Source: Vitrella brassicaformis CCMP3155
Taxonomy: Eukaryota; Protista; Chromerida
Direction of reading: 5' to 3'
Assembly (NCBI GenBank): GCA_001179505.1
Contig: CDMY01000437.1
Span: 1-64,000 of the forward strand
Length of the DNA stretch: 64,000 nt
Shown here: one piece after another, positions 62,120-64,000 of the stretch
Numbering within the stretch: position 1 is the stretch's first letter
Layout of the letters: each line of letters opens with the position of its first letter
Notes under the pieces: generated by a model
The model's database searches: none
What the model saw: the letters and a program-made list of their open reading frames with translations, nothing else
Told to the model about the DNA's origin: nothing
Made by a program: the position numbers and the translations under genes

Positions 62120-64000
62120 ATGGATAGTAGCCACGACGCACCGGCTCCCTCGAGAGGTGGGCGATGGCGCACACAATGGACACACACAGCTGCCATGTGT
62201 GTGTGTGGTGACGGTGTGTGTGGTCCAGGTGGGCGGGGCGACGTGTCAGACGATAGCTTGCGAGATGTCATAGATCAGATCCAATCCGTGAGGGAGGGAG
62301 GGAGGGAGGAGGGAGGCGCCAGACCGACCATTCATTCACTGGCTGTTTGCCTGTCTGTCTGTTTGCCTTCAGATCGCATGTGAGATGGCCGCGCCGGTTC
62401 GGCGGGCGAGGGAGCTGATCCAACGCAACCAACACAACGACACACAGGTCCGCCTGCACGAGTGCCGCATCTCTCTCTCTCTCTCCGTCGTGTTTGTTGC
62501 CGTTGACAGGTTTGTGCGTCGGCGGCTGGTCGACGGCTGTTGGGTCTTCTGACGAACCTCACCGACGCCCACTCGGCCCTCAGCAATGAGCTGACACAGA
62601 CGCCCGCTAACCACAACAAACGCGTAAGGCTCCACCGACCACTGGATGGCACACACAAGCCGGCCACTCCTCTGTGTGTCGATGTGTATTGATATCAGCG
62701 AATGGATGTCGACGGCGGGGCTGCTCAGTGGCGGGCGGGCGACGCTGTGGGACCGAAGGAGACCGACAGCAACAAACAGCATAGCAACGAGGTGCGCACA
62801 GGTCCACACCCACACACACAGGCACACAAACTCATTGATGTGTGTCGCTGGTCAGGTGCCTGCTGAAGACGGCGGCGCCAAGAAGCGTAGACGCGTAGAC
62901 ATCAGCCATACTGCTGATGCTGCTGGTGGGCACAGCGGAGGTACGGAAAGCATCGGCTGCCGTTGGTGGACTGCACATCGTCATGACCCTCCTGTGCTGT
63001 GTGGTGCCTTCAGGTGGCTCGGTTGGTGCGGGTGGTGCTGCGGCAGACTCACAGCAGCAACAGGGAGGTGCCACCTCACTGTCGGCAGATATGACGGCCC
63101 CCAACCAGCAGCAGCAGCAGCAGCACCCCGTGTGGTACGTCCTCGCCCACCGCGGCAGCGATTTTCTGCTGCGGGATGTGCTGCGTCTGAGGAAGACCTG
63201 CAAATGGGCCAGACAGCTCTTCGGAGCGCCTCAGCTGCGGCAGCGGCTCAGCCATGAGCTCAGCACACAGGCGGGGCTGCGGCGGACGGCCAACGGACAG
63301 CAGCTGCTGACCTTCGACGACCAGCAGATGGGCGAGGGTGACCTGCTGGCGGCGCTGTGTGTGACGGAGGCGGGCGGCTGGAGTGAGATGAGCGAGGCGG
63401 TCGAGCTGGCGGGGCAGTGCGGCAACTGCCAGCTGCCTGTGAGCCTCACTGCGAGCGATCTGCACCAATACCCAAACAAGACGGTAAGCCAACCGAGGGA
63501 GGGAGGGAGGGAGAAAGGATTGCTCTCAATCGGTGTGTGGTGTGTTGTGTGTGTAGGCGTATCTGGCCGCTCCCCGTGTGTTGGCTCAGCTCAAGATGGT
63601 CGGCCCCCACATCGACTTCGGCGACAACACGACCTTTGAGCTGTTCCGCTACGGCAACGCACTGCGGGCCATCAAGGACCAAGGCGGCTTCGCTATCAAC
63701 ACCAACCAGACCCTCCCTGCCCACCACCCCATCCAACAGCACCGACAACAGCATGACCCGCCCGTCCGCAGCAACATCTCATATGATCCGCCCGAGGGCT
63801 GGGTGTCGCTGGCGGCTCGGGTCTCCTCGTCTGTGTCGTCGTTCGTCAAGAGCATCGTCATCGGCCACTTCTGGGGGACTCACCAACTCAACTCCACTAG
63901 CCAGGGCATCAACAGGTGAGGCGGGGCATCACTCTGAGAGGGCATTCCCACGGCACACGAGTGTGTGTACGTTGTGTGTCTCTTCATCATCAGGCATGCT
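62120..64000 (+). CDS. Family F copy 6, long form, 3'-truncated by window edge
   Basis: Mini-exons MDSSHDAPAPSR|GGRGDV..|IACEM..|VCASA..|RMDVDG..|VPAEDGGAKKRRRVD, then a core near-identical to copy 3. Start codon inferred. Confidence 0.75.

Overview
Eukaryotic, intron-dense, GC-rich window with introns and intergenic DNA full of (GT)n/(GA)n/(GACA)n/(GGAT)n microsatellites. The gene families and a bipartite plastid-targeted ACP suggest a chromerid alveolate such as Vitrella brassicaformis (inference). I spliced about 20 multi-exon genes by hand. Housekeeping genes are the SFM1 SPOUT methyltransferase, an ABCG half-transporter, plastid ACP, a Rab8/Sec4-like GTPase and a HAD-IIA phosphoglycolate phosphatase. 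Lineage-specific genes are six copies of one F-box-like family, an ankyrin protein, a BTB protein, an F-box/LRR-like protein, a frameshifted TLDc chimera, a giant coiled-coil protein, a secreted Cys-rich protein and a type II membrane protein with two alternative C-terminal cassettes. Three observations stand out. (1) Sixteen consecutive genes from 17 kb to 64 kb alternate strand perfectly as head-to-head pairs. (2) The 11-mer GCTTAGCTCGC recurs only in divergent promoter gaps, about 95-115 bp upstream of a same-strand ATG, and marks the point where homology between two family copies ends. (3) The secreted protein has a prokineticin/Dickkopf (colipase-fold)-like Cys pattern completed through a GC-AG intron. 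There are two 300-N assembly gaps. No rRNA, tRNA, CRISPR array or transposase was recognised.
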